Source: a virus (Duplodnaviria > Caudoviricetes). From it: a stretch of DNA of 63,561 nucleotides. Below, piece by piece: positions 1-9,366 of the stretch (position 1 is its first letter; every line of letters begins with the position of its first letter). The position numbers were made by a program, and so were the translations under genes. The notes below the pieces were generated by a model. It was not told the origin of the DNA. It was given only the letters and a program-made list of their open reading frames with translations, and searched no databases. Location: the IMG/VR virus record IMGVR_UViG_3300044801_000216, positions 1-63,561 of that record; one strand, given 5' to 3'.

Positions 1-127
1 CTCTCGCTGGAACCGATTCAGGGCAACAGCCTGACCGAGTTCATTCGCTCGATCGAGGGACTGACGGGGAAGCAGGGACAGCAGATCTTAGGCTCCGGAT
101 TGGCGCAAGAGCAGTCGGGTGTGAACT
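1..127. repeat. Terminal direct repeat, copy 1 (identical to 63435-63561); circular-assembly overlap
   Basis: CTCTCGCTGGAACC...GGGTGTGAACT occurs at both ends; 127 nt is a common assembler k-mer size. Confidence 0.95.
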
Positions 128-579
128 CGGTGGCGCCCGTGCTGTCGTTGCTGACCAAATTGGTCAGTGGCGACCAGGCGGACATCACACAAGCCACTCA
201 GCCCGAGATCGACCAGATCACGCAGCAGTTCGACCAGGTAAGAAACCTGGTGTCGATGCAGCCCAGAGGCGGTGGAAAGACAACCGCGCTGGCGGAGGCT
301 CCGTTTCAGAAGTCTGCGTCGATCCAGCGCATGCAGGGCGACATGCGGACCAAAGCGGCCGGTGAACTAGGGACGTTAGGGACTAACCTGGCCGGCCTGG
401 GGTTGAACGAAGCGGGCCTGGGAGCGGGGCTGGAGAGTACGTCCGCCAACATCGCGCTCACCAAGGAAGGACAGGATTACAGCCAGCCGGGCATATTCCA
501 AGACATACTTGGCACTCTTCAAACAGTTTCCGGTCTTGGCAGCGCAGCGGCGCAAGCAAAGTACGCGGGGTTGTTCTAA
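1..579 (+). CDS. 3' part of a gene starting at 63399; putative internal virion/ejection protein (about 204 aa in total)
   Basis: In frame with GTG 63399 across the junction; Q/A/G/L-rich; TAATG overlap with the next gene. Confidence 0.7.
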   Translation, partial: LSLEPIQGNSLTEFIRSIEGLTGKQGQQILGSGLAQEQSGVNSVAPVLSLLTKLVSGDQADITQATQPEIDQITQQFDQVRNLVSMQPRGGGKTTALAEAPFQKSASIQRMQGDMRTKAAGELGTLGTNLAGLGLNEAGLGAGLESTSANIALTKEGQDYSQPGIFQDILGTLQTVSGLGSAAAQAKYAGLF

Positions 580-2237
580 TGCCTACCGATACCGCTACCG
601 ACAACAACGCAATGTCAGGTCTTATCGATCGGACAAGTGGATGGGGAGGGCCCGGCGCATCTGGAGCCAATAGCGGCAGTGGCAGCGCAGGCGGCAGCGG
701 CGCGGGCGGCAGCGGCGGCAACGGCGGCAGTGGCGGCCTTGCTTCCAAACTCGTCTCGATGGCGATCGACCAGAAAGCGGCGCAGGAAAAGAAGGCTGCG
801 TTGGCCCCGTTGTCGGCGGCCAGGCTGGTCATGCAGACCTACGAGCGAGACCCCGACGCGGTAGACCCGGAAATGCTTCAGTGGTCGTTGAGCACGCTGA
901 GCGACATCGACAAGGTGATGCAGGGACAATCGCTGGGCGGTGGCAAGGGCAAAGGAGACGGCAAAGGCGGCGGAGTCAAAGGTAAACTCGGAGGCATTGG
1001 CAGCTTGCTGGCCAATATGATTACGGGCGGGTTGTCCGGCACGATGCAGGCGAACTCCAGACGGCGATCCGGAATGGCGGAAGCCGAGCGGCGCGCGGGA
1101 GCGTCGATGCCGCAAGGCAAAACTTTGACGCTGACTCCGGAAGAACGCCAGAAGCTCGAAGCCACACAGGCGGAAGCGGCGGCGGCCGAGAAGCTGAAGA
1201 TTCAGGAGGCCGAAGACACCTACAAGCGCAAGGCCAACCAGCAGGTCTACGAGCAAGAACTGGACCGTCTTATCGAAGCCGGACTGGACCCCATACGCGC
1301 TGCCGAAGAAGCCAACGCGATCGCGGCGGGAAGATCGATCCCGGCGGCGTCGAGGACGGCTGCCGCCGCACCGGCAAAGAAGCAGACGGCGGCCGAGATC
1401 GCGCATCAGGCATATGCCGACAAGCATGGGCTCGACGCATCCAAACTGACCGCCGAGCAGAAGATCAAGGCGGTGCAGGAAGCGAAGCCGACCGGACGCG
1501 CATCCGCCAATGCCGCCGGCGCCGATCCGGAAGTGAAGTTCACCGACAACGAATTACGATCTCAAGCCCGGTTGTCTCTTATCACCAAGCACGACCCAAA
1601 CTTCGGAACCAGGAACCCCAAGTTGACGGCCCGCTTCGGCGCGATCAAAGCCGAAGAGATCGAGAAGATGGGCGGCCCACAAGCCGTAGCCGCGGCACAG
1701 GCCAAGTACGCGGGCGAAACGCACAATCTGTCTGGACTGCTGCGGCTTCAGAGCCAAATGCGAGCGGCCAAATCCGGTACCGACTTGGAAATCGACCGGC
1801 TGAAGCGGTTGAGCAACAGTGTGGACTTGGATTCGGTTGCCCGCTACAACAGCTTCGAGCAGTTCCTATCGGCCAACCTGACCGACAATCCCGATCTGGC
1901 GCGCTTTAGAGAAGCGTTGGTGGCCGCGCGCTACCGCTACAACAGCATGATCTCTTCTTTCAGATCGAGCGGCGGATCGGCTACCAACCAAGTGCGAAGC
2001 GAGACCGCCGAGGAGATCATCAATCGCTCCATGGCGCGCGGAGCTTTGAATGCCGCCGCGGACGAGATGAAGGTGGGACTTCAGAACGTGATGTCCGGAT
2101 TGGACCAGGCGGTCGTGTCCACGGAGAACGAACTATCGGGCAAAGTGTCGGCGGATAAGCCAAATGCTGCATCGGCATCCGGCGTTAAAGTCAAGGTGTG
2201 GGACGATAAGCAAGGTAAGTTCGTGGAGGCGAAGTAA
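579..2237 (+). CDS. Putative internal virion/DNA ejection protein, 552 aa
   Basis: Helical Ala/Lys/Gln-rich sequence with a G/S-rich N-terminal linker; TAATG coupling; lies after the tail module. Confidence 0.6.
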   Translation: MPTDTATDNNAMSGLIDRTSGWGGPGASGANSGSGSAGGSGAGGSGGNGGSGGLASKLVSMAIDQKAAQEKKAALAPLSAARLVMQTYERDPDAVDPEMLQWSLSTLSDIDKVMQGQSLGGGKGKGDGKGGGVKGKLGGIGSLLANMITGGLSGTMQANSRRRSGMAEAERRAGASMPQGKTLTLTPEERQKLEATQAEAAAAEKLKIQEAEDTYKRKANQQVYEQELDRLIEAGLDPIRAAEEANAIAAGRSIPAASRTAAAAPAKKQTAAEIAHQAYADKHGLDASKLTAEQKIKAVQEAKPTGRASANAAGADPEVKFTDNELRSQARLSLITKHDPNFGTRNPKLTARFGAIKAEEIEKMGGPQAVAAAQAKYAGETHNLSGLLRLQSQMRAAKSGTDLEIDRLKRLSNSVDLDSVARYNSFEQFLSANLTDNPDLARFREALVAARYRYNSMISSFRSSGGSATNQVRSETAEEIINRSMARGALNAAADEMKVGLQNVMSGLDQAVVSTENELSGKVSADKPNAASASGVKVKVWDDKQGKFVEAK

Positions 2238-3688
2238 TGCCTCAGACCTACCGCGTCGGGGACACCGACTATCAGTTTCCCGACGACTACACGGACGAGA
2301 AGGTGCAGGGTATCTTGTCCGCGCAGGGAATTATCAAAACCGGCAAGAAAGAGAAGCCCGGTTTCTGGTCGCAGTTGGGCACGCAAGCCAAATCGTTCGC
2401 GGGCACGCTCGTATCCGACATCGCCTCCGCACCTGGCGCTCTCGTACAAGCCGGGTCCCATCCGATCGACGCAGTAAGCGGCATCCTGAAAACTCAAGGT
2501 AAGGAGTTCGAGGAAGCCAAGTCCTCTTTCAAGAAGGGCGAGTACGCGCACGCGCTGCGGCATGGACTAGGATACCTTGTTCCGATCGCCGGTCCCGCCG
2601 CTTCCGAAGCCGGAGCCGAGATGGAACGCGGCGAATACGGCAAAAGCTTGGCTCACACGGCGGAGTTGAGCCCGCTGCCAGAGACCGCCGCCGGCAAACT
2701 CTTCGGGTTGAGTAAGAAGCTGGCTCGACCGGTGGCTGAAGCGGCGGCGAAGTCGGTATACGAAGCCGAGTTGAAACCTGGAATGAAGATGTCCTTGGCG
2801 CAGCGAGGAGAGGTTGTAGAGCGCGGTCTGAAGGGCGAACTGCCCATTGAGAAGAGTTCTTTGGACGTGCTTCAGAAGGAGATCGATTCCAACAGGCAAC
2901 ATATCGTGGATCTGACCAAGGACCCGGCATCGCCGTACAGCGAGCGCTCCGTGCCCGTAGCCGACGTTCTCATGCCCGTTGACAAATGGATTAACCGCGT
3001 GGCCAGAGTGGACAAGCGGGCGGCCAAGGCGCTCCAGCGTGCGCGCGATACATGGGCGGAGTCTCTTGGTTACGAGGCTCCTACGGCGGCCAAGAAAGTA
3101 CCCACGTCTATTTTGGAACCGTCCGGCAAACCTCTTACGAAAACCGTTGCCGGCACACCCGGCCGGGCGGAGACGACGATCGCCGAAGCGCAGCAACTCA
3201 AAGACGACCTGTACGCAGTCATCAACAGCGGCGCTTATGCCGAAACCGCCGAGCCCGGCACGATGACGGCGGGACGCAAACTGGCTGCACGCGGTATGAA
3301 GCGTGGTATTGAGAAGTCGATCCCCGAAGAACCAATACAGGCGATCAACCACGCGATCGAGACCGACATTCGTTTGAAGGAAGCGATCAACAGCGCCGTC
3401 AAAAGGCACCCCAGTTGGATCAACGACTGGGCGGTGTTCGTATTGGGCGCCGGTGTGGGAGAAGCAATCGGAGCTATGGTTGGAGGCGGAGCCGCGCGCG
3501 GTATCGGCGGGGGCGCTGGGGTAGCCGTAGGAGCGCTTACCCGCATGGCCGCCCGCAACCCAAGAATCATGAGCCGTCTGGCGATCGCGCTGAACCGCAG
3601 CGGCATACCCACCACCGGTTTTATCCGCGGCACATCGATTGCCGCGCGCACTGTTGCGATTGGGGCCAGGGAGCGTGATAATAACTGA
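2237..3688 (+). CDS. Putative internal virion/DNA ejection protein, 483 aa
   Basis: N-terminal YQFPDD motif and C-terminal Gly/Ala hydrophobic stretch resemble podovirus ejection proteins; coupled to the upstream gene. Confidence 0.6.
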   Translation: MPQTYRVGDTDYQFPDDYTDEKVQGILSAQGIIKTGKKEKPGFWSQLGTQAKSFAGTLVSDIASAPGALVQAGSHPIDAVSGILKTQGKEFEEAKSSFKKGEYAHALRHGLGYLVPIAGPAASEAGAEMERGEYGKSLAHTAELSPLPETAAGKLFGLSKKLARPVAEAAAKSVYEAELKPGMKMSLAQRGEVVERGLKGELPIEKSSLDVLQKEIDSNRQHIVDLTKDPASPYSERSVPVADVLMPVDKWINRVARVDKRAAKALQRARDTWAESLGYEAPTAAKKVPTSILEPSGKPLTKTVAGTPGRAETTIAEAQQLKDDLYAVINSGAYAETAEPGTMTAGRKLAARGMKRGIEKSIPEEPIQAINHAIETDIRLKEAINSAVKRHPSWINDWAVFVLGAGVGEAIGAMVGGGAARGIGGGAGVAVGALTRMAARNPRIMSRLAIALNRSGIPTTGFIRGTSIAARTVAIGARERDNN

Positions 3689-3699
3689 AGGCCACCCTC

Positions 3700-3999
3700 A
3701 TGAACGGATTGAACTCGGATTTATCCCTCCCCGCCACGACTACTTCCCAGCAGGACCTGACCACCGCCGGCCAGCGCCGGGTGAACCTCTTGTGGGAGTA
3801 CACCCAAGCCATCATCGCGATCGTCGTCACCGTTTGCACGATGACGGCGGGGGCCTACGCGACGTTCAACAAGAGCGAGACCCCGCCTGTGCTTAACATC
3901 TCGTTCGGCATGGTGATCGGGTTCTATTTCAGCCGGACGAATCACGCGGCCATCGGAGGCATTGGCAAGAAGCCGTCGCAAGATTACGAGGGACGGTAG
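3700..3999 (+). CDS. Small two-TM membrane protein (holin-like)
   Basis: Two hydrophobic segments (AIIAIVVTVC; ISFGMVIGFYF); last gene of the plus arm. Confidence 0.55.
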   Translation: MNGLNSDLSLPATTTSQQDLTTAGQRRVNLLWEYTQAIIAIVVTVCTMTAGAYATFNKSETPPVLNISFGMVIGFYFSRTNHAAIGGIGKKPSQDYEGR

Positions 4000-4004
4000 C
4001 CGTT

Positions 4005-4403
4005 CTACTCCATGTCGAACGCCAGCAGCCTGCTGGACAAAAAGGGCTTGCCTTCCGAATATGCCTGCGCGATCGTATCGGCGGGCACGCCCAAAGCGAG
4101 CAGCCGTTCCTTGCTCAATGTCTGGCGAGTTTGATACCCGTGATACTCGAACCCGCACAGGCCGTGCTTGAAGCCGGTCAATTCATACGCATGGCAGATG
4201 GCCGCCAGTTCTTCGCGGATTTCGGACTCGCGTTCCTTCAGCTCGCTCTGTTTGGCGCTATTGGCTACTCCTTCCTTGAGCAGCTTGACGGCGTGGCGCA
4301 TCGTTTCGGTGTCGTCGATCACGCTCGCTAAGGGTAGTTTCGAGTTGGCGGCGCTGGTGAAGCGCGGCGCCTTGGTGGGTTCGGATTCGGTTTCTTTCGG
4401 CAC
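4005..4403 (-). CDS. Hypothetical protein, 132 aa
   Basis: SD AAGGAG upstream; abuts the polymerase gene. Confidence 0.7.
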   Translation of the reverse strand: MPKETESEPTKAPRFTSAANSKLPLASVIDDTETMRHAVKLLKEGVANSAKQSELKERESEIREELAAICHAYELTGFKHGLCGFEYHGYQTRQTLSKERLLALGVPADTIAQAYSEGKPFLSSRLLAFDME

Positions 4404-4406
4404 AAG

Positions 4407-5861
4407 TTACTCCTTTTCTTTCCAGCGTTCCAGGATCTCGCAATCGGACTCTATCGGGGTCCGCCACAGACGCACACCCGTCTGGCGGTCGTCCATCACA
4501 TGATCGAACACATACTGCATCAACGAGCCCACCGATGCGGCGTAGTCTTCTTCGACCTCGGCGATGATCTGGTCGTGGACGCTCAGCAGCGCTTCGCAGT
4601 ACACATCGTTCGCGCGCAGGACTTCAAATTCGTCTTCGCACTCGGCCATGGCCAGTTTGGTTTGCTCCGCGTTGGATGCGGTGACGGCGAAGTTCTGAGC
4701 CTCTCTAAGCCCCTCGGATACCTTCCAGGACAGACTCGAACGAACCTGTGGGATGTAGCGCACCCGTCCCCAGGGGTCCCAAACAAACCCATATCTTCTT
4801 GCCCGATAGTACTGGACATCGAAGTACGGCTGGACCTCTGGATATGTTTGGTGCCAGGATTCGATGAACCGCTTGCACCACTCTTCGGTCAGCCAGTCGG
4901 GCGGCGTCATATCCGCGGCCCAGTAGTCGGTCACCAACTGGGCATGGAGACCTTTTTCGGTTGTGCCGTTCTGAATCCCGAAGTTCACCCTCTTACTGGG
5001 CAGCCGGTGCTTGTATTTGTCTACTTGCGCCGGGTCCGAGATCCCGAACGACTTCATCGCCGTGTTGGTGTGGATGTCTCCGCCCGCGTTGTAGATCCGG
5101 ATCATCGATCGAGCGTCGGCCAGGTGCGCGAGGTCGCGGATCTCCATCTGGGAGAAATCGACGCTGACCAGTCGGGTGCCCGGCGACGCCATAAACGCGC
5201 CGCGGATACGGGCCCCCAGATTGGAACGGATAGGTATTTGCTGGAGGTTTGGATTCCGGCTACTGAGCCTGCCCGTGATCGCGCGCGTGGTGGGGAAGGT
5301 AGTGTGCAAACGCCATGTAGACTCTACATGCGGCAGTTCGCACAGGGGGCACGATAGACCTTTGGGGTGCAGCCGGGCCTTTTGCGGCAGTGCGTCGCAG
5401 AATGCCGATTTGAGCTTGGCGCGTTCGCGATACTGGAGCACCAGCGGCACCACCGGATGATCGTCGCGGCACATCTCCAACTGCTTGCGTCCGGTGCTGA
5501 TACGGCCGGCGCCGGTCGTCTTGAGTTTCAGTTTGCTTCCGATGGCGAGCAAGTCGAACAGCAGGACCCGGATCTGTTCCGAGCTGGCGGCGTTGATGGT
5601 GGCGCTGCCCTGCTCTTCTTCGATGTTCGCCGCCGCCGCGCTGAAGCGGTCGAGCGCGTCCGGTGGGATGTAGGAGGCGATCCGCTTCTGAAGCTCCGCC
5701 ATCTCGGAGCCGAACTGGGAAGATAGCTCGCGCAGATAGGGCAGGTCAACGGCGATGCCGACGCGGGTCATTCTATTTAGCTGGGGCAAGACCATCAGAT
5801 CGAGCCGGCGGACGTTTTCAAGGTCCGGCCGGCCAGGCAGCGCGATGCCGTTATAGAGCAT
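4407..5861 (-). CDS. polA: Family A DNA polymerase, polymerase domain only
   Basis: TGRLSSRNPNLQQIP, motif A DFSQMEIR, motif B RLPSKRVNFG, motif C VHDQ; probable ATG at 5861 after AAGGGGG. Confidence 0.92.
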   Translation of the reverse strand: MLYNGIALPGRPDLENVRRLDLMVLPQLNRMTRVGIAVDLPYLRELSSQFGSEMAELQKRIASYIPPDALDRFSAAAANIEEEQGSATINAASSEQIRVLLFDLLAIGSKLKLKTTGAGRISTGRKQLEMCRDDHPVVPLVLQYRERAKLKSAFCDALPQKARLHPKGLSCPLCELPHVESTWRLHTTFPTTRAITGRLSSRNPNLQQIPIRSNLGARIRGAFMASPGTRLVSVDFSQMEIRDLAHLADARSMIRIYNAGGDIHTNTAMKSFGISDPAQVDKYKHRLPSKRVNFGIQNGTTEKGLHAQLVTDYWAADMTPPDWLTEEWCKRFIESWHQTYPEVQPYFDVQYYRARRYGFVWDPWGRVRYIPQVRSSLSWKVSEGLREAQNFAVTASNAEQTKLAMAECEDEFEVLRANDVYCEALLSVHDQIIAEVEEDYAASVGSLMQYVFDHVMDDRQTGVRLWRTPIESDCEILERWKEKE

Positions 5862-7224
5862 CGGCGTCCCCCTTGTAGATTCTGAACGCGCCCTTGCGCC
5901 GGCGCTCCAGATCGGCTGCGACACGTCCCGTCCAATCCGCGTCGCCGCAGGCGTAGTTGACCGCATCGGACAACTTGCAGTTGGCAATGCCTAAGATCGG
6001 ATACCGTCCCACGCGCGCTTCCACATACGCGGTCATCCACTCGTTCGACGGTTCGTTCCAGAAGTCGTTCAGCCGTTCCCAGGGGTCGTATTCGGAAGTT
6101 ATATCGGTCAACCGCAGCAGCCGGTCGAGCAACGATTCTAACTCGCCTTTGTGAACGACTTCCTTGACCCTGGTTTTGAGTCGCACACGTTCGGCGAAGC
6201 ACAGGTCTCTTTGCGCAATCCGCAAGGCTTCGATCATCCAGGTCTGCAACGCTTCGATGGAGGCCGGGCGCACGGTTTCGTTGTAACTTGTCATCGTGTG
6301 CCTGAACAGCCTGTACGCCAGCGCCTTCAGGCCTTGCGGCAGGTTGCCAAGATGAAAGGCTTCCTGCATTGTGTCGCGATAAGCTCTTACGCGGATGCCT
6401 AGCTGCCGGAGGACTTCGAGGTCGTAAGCGGCGTTGTGGAACACGACTTCTTCGGCGCAGGATAGAAGTCCCCGTAACTGGGCCAGCGCCGCGCTATCTC
6501 GAACTTGAACGAGACGGCCCATTCCAGGTTGTTCGCTGTACTGAACAGACCAAGGCGAACCTCCATGGCTCTCCGTGTCAACGGCGATTCTTGCGACCGT
6601 TTGGCCAGTTCTAAACGCAATGAGCCGGGCAACCTGATAATCATAAGTCTCCTTCGGTGGATCTTCTTCGTAACAGTAGTCCAACGGGTCGTTACGTTTC
6701 AGTCCCGCCCAGTCCTCCATGCAAATCTGCATCCAGCGCGATTCGTGCAAGCCGATAGACGGATGGTACATAGGCACCAGCCAGCCGGACCAGCCGAACA
6801 ACTTACCTACCTTGTTGGTGTGCTGTGGTATCCCGTGGTGCAATTCGAGCTTGATTCCGGGCACCAGCTTACACGCGGTAGCCCCCATCAGGATAATCTC
6901 CCGTGGATTCGTCTTCTCGATCTCATCCGGTATGTGGTGCTGCGCACAATGCAGGACTTCTTTGTCCGATGGGGTCTTGTTCGAGTCCGCCCAACAAAGT
7001 ACGGTGTTACATACGCGGACTTCCGAACGGTCAAGACCAGCTAAAGGCAGATACAGTTCGTCCCATTCTTGGCCGGTCTTGCCCACTAAGACGCGTCCGC
7101 GCAGGTTCTCGTCCTTGCCGGGACGCTCTGCGATGCAGAGGACCGCGGCCGGTTGCGGACCGTCGCCTCCGATGGCCCGATAGCGGCGCGGGCAGTGCGG
7201 ACAAGGAGTGGTCCAGTTGGGCAT
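5851..7224 (-). CDS. Uracil-DNA-glycosylase-like domain fused to a DEDDy 3'-5' exonuclease (N-terminal half of the polymerase)
   Basis: CPHCP, AERPG..E...VLVGKTG, NTVLC and YHPS (family-4 UDG-like); Exo I DTES, Exo II FHNAAYD, Exo III YACGD; TGATG-coupled start at 7224. Confidence 0.88.
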   Translation of the reverse strand: MPNWTTPCPHCPRRYRAIGGDGPQPAAVLCIAERPGKDENLRGRVLVGKTGQEWDELYLPLAGLDRSEVRVCNTVLCWADSNKTPSDKEVLHCAQHHIPDEIEKTNPREIILMGATACKLVPGIKLELHHGIPQHTNKVGKLFGWSGWLVPMYHPSIGLHESRWMQICMEDWAGLKRNDPLDYCYEEDPPKETYDYQVARLIAFRTGQTVARIAVDTESHGGSPWSVQYSEQPGMGRLVQVRDSAALAQLRGLLSCAEEVVFHNAAYDLEVLRQLGIRVRAYRDTMQEAFHLGNLPQGLKALAYRLFRHTMTSYNETVRPASIEALQTWMIEALRIAQRDLCFAERVRLKTRVKEVVHKGELESLLDRLLRLTDITSEYDPWERLNDFWNEPSNEWMTAYVEARVGRYPILGIANCKLSDAVNYACGDADWTGRVAADLERRRKGAFRIYKGDADAL

Positions 7225-7442
7225 CAGGCGGCTCGCGCCGGTTTCTCCGACGGTTTCTCCGCCGGTTCGGGCGGGTAGATAATCTGCACCAGACGTTCTT
7301 CGATCTCGTGGATCTCCACTTTGCAGCCGTAAGTGTTGGAAGTGATCCTGGCCCACGCCCAAGCGCAGGTAAGGTATCGATGGAACGACTGCACCGGGTG
7401 CCCGTCTTTGAGAAAGTCTACAGCGGTGGCTCGATACTTCAT
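7224..7442 (-). CDS. Hypothetical protein, 72 aa
   Basis: SD GGAGGAG; overlapping start/stop codons on both sides. Confidence 0.7.
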   Translation of the reverse strand: MKYRATAVDFLKDGHPVQSFHRYLTCAWAWARITSNTYGCKVEIHEIEERLVQIIYPPEPAEKPSEKPARAA

Positions 7443-8212
7443 GTGCTCCTCCCTCTCAGCCAGTTCACAATCGATCCGGCCGTCTCTTTTCCGAAGTGCT
7501 TCACGTTCCCTTTTCTGTCGGTCCATTCAACCCTGCGCCACTCTTTTTCGTCCGCGAGGCACATGTCCGCCGGGGATCTGAAGTGCTTGCCGATGTCCCA
7601 TGCCTTACTATCGATCCCCGGCACCTGCGCCGCCATCATCGTAACCGCGTTCGCTTCGCCCTGGTGAAGAATACAAGCGCCGCGCCGTTGAGCCGATGGC
7701 TCGTTCGAGAACAACACGTCGTGGCTCCGGTGAAGCTGATAGTCTTTCTGCCACCAGTGGAACCTGCTGGCATACAGGTGTGCGGTCTCCGCCAGCGAGC
7801 CAGTTCTCCAGCAAGGGACCCCGCCGCATTCGTACTGGCTGTACAGGTAACTGTCTACCTGCCTGTAGGAGATCCCGCTGCCGCGGTGGAACAACGTAGT
7901 CCACCCGCCGGCGCGACCGTTCACGATCTCTATGGCGCCGGTCTCTCCGGGGCGCCATACGCCTTCGACGATCAGCTCGACACGGTCGTAAATCCCCCAC
8001 ATGCCCTTCAGTTGGTGGCCGCTCAACCGTCTGTCCTGCATGCAGGCGATCAGGTCGGTCAGCCGCTTACGTTCATATCCGATCAGGAGCCCTTCGTTCG
8101 ACTGGATCGCCAGGTCGCCAAACTCCAGACGGACTACCGACAGGGGAAGACCGAAGCGGGAGAGCTGTTCTACCATCCCCGTGTCTTCCCGGTCGTCTAC
8201 CAGTATCGACAC
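7439..8212 (-). CDS. ERCC4/XPF-type structure-specific nuclease
   Basis: VDDRE, GD, ERKRLTDL and LIVEG motifs. Confidence 0.85.
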   Translation of the reverse strand: MSILVDDREDTGMVEQLSRFGLPLSVVRLEFGDLAIQSNEGLLIGYERKRLTDLIACMQDRRLSGHQLKGMWGIYDRVELIVEGVWRPGETGAIEIVNGRAGGWTTLFHRGSGISYRQVDSYLYSQYECGGVPCWRTGSLAETAHLYASRFHWWQKDYQLHRSHDVLFSNEPSAQRRGACILHQGEANAVTMMAAQVPGIDSKAWDIGKHFRSPADMCLADEKEWRRVEWTDRKGNVKHFGKETAGSIVNWLRGRST

Positions 8213-8217
8213 AGGGG

Positions 8218-8547
8218 TTAGTTCCTTATCAGCGGTCCACGCGGGCCTGATTGACCTGGCACGACGATTTTGCGTTCCTGCGCGGCGCGCTGTTCCTTCA
8301 TCTTCAGCTCGAATTCGGCGCGTTCTACTTGCGCGTCTTCAATCGTTTTTCGGACCATCTCCTTGTAAGCGTCGGTCCGCTTACCCGGATCGCGCTGCCC
8401 GAAGAGCCTGGTGACGAGCATCTCGCAGAACGTGACGTTGTTCGAGATCAGGTTGCGGCTGATGTTCATATGGCTCACGTACTCGACTTGTTCGAGCAGG
8501 GCCTGTTCGATCTGGTTCGCGGTGACGCGGTCTTTCTGCTTTTTCAC
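8218..8547 (-). CDS. Hypothetical helical protein, about 109 aa
   Basis: GTG at 8547 with GGAG SD inside a 15-bp tandem duplication (8550-8579); start uncertain. Confidence 0.6.
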   Translation of the reverse strand: MKKQKDRVTANQIEQALLEQVEYVSHMNISRNLISNNVTFCEMLVTRLFGQRDPGKRTDAYKEMVRKTIEDAQVERAEFELKMKEQRAAQERKIVVPGQSGPRGPLIRN

Positions 8548-8566
8548 TTGGTTAATCTCCGTGCGG

Positions 8567-9328
8567 TTAATCTCCGTGCTTCCATTCTTCTCTCGACGGT
8601 TCCGTGGGGTCGAACGCAAACTCTTCGATCGACCGCATTTCCGATTCTCCGGCGAAGACCTGTTTGCCGAAGTCCCGGTCGTAGCCTTCGGGCGTTTGAT
8701 ACTGGCCCCTGGTGCGCCCGATGTTGTGAACTCTCGATAGCACCGGCGCCAGCGCCGTCAGCCTGTGCCGGCTCATCAACCTGGAGATCGACCAGTCCCA
8801 GCCGGTAGGACGTTCCCGTTTCGAGTTCCAGTTGGGGGCGAGCCATTCGATCCATTGGCGGCGTATGCAGCCCCATCCCCACGGCGTAAACGTGGATCTC
8901 TTTACTACCGCTTCGGGCTGGTCCGAAGTAACGCTGTTGGAGTACAGCATGACGCAGAGCGTCTGGTTGTAATCCTCCGCGTGCCACATGTGGTACCAGC
9001 AGGCCAGTCTGAGTGCGTCCGGGCTCGGCACCGTGTCGTCTTCCAGGTGCAGGTTGAAGTCCGAGTGCAATTCCTCAAAGGTGTACTGCAACAGCCGCCG
9101 GGGGTGTTCGTCCACGCCCAGATGGTCTGGCCAGGCAATCAAGGCGTAGGAGTCCAAACATCGGGCGGTATCGATAACTTTCGCTTGATTTGGCGCCGGA
9201 TCGACGCCGATCACAATCCGCTCCGGCGCATACTCGGGACAGTTCTCCAACGCCACCTTCAGACTTTCCAGCACTTGCTTGAGGTAGTCCGGTCTCCTGT
9301 AGGCCGCCACCGTGATCGTGCGTATCAT
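8567..9328 (-). CDS. GT-A fold glycosyltransferase (GT2/GT13-like)
   Basis: AYRRPDYL..VLESL, LEDD, PWGWG, WDW and SRVHNIG motifs; ATG 9328 with GGGAG. Confidence 0.8.
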   Translation of the reverse strand: MIRTITVAAYRRPDYLKQVLESLKVALENCPEYAPERIVIGVDPAPNQAKVIDTARCLDSYALIAWPDHLGVDEHPRRLLQYTFEELHSDFNLHLEDDTVPSPDALRLACWYHMWHAEDYNQTLCVMLYSNSVTSDQPEAVVKRSTFTPWGWGCIRRQWIEWLAPNWNSKRERPTGWDWSISRLMSRHRLTALAPVLSRVHNIGRTRGQYQTPEGYDRDFGKQVFAGESEMRSIEEFAFDPTEPSREEWKHGD

Positions 9329-9366
9329 TGTGTTACTCCCTATCGAAAGGGTCGGTTTTAACGTGC

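Noticed and set aside
4407-5861. DpoZ/2-aminoadenine system
   Set aside because: No PurZ, DatZ or MazZ-like gene was recognised
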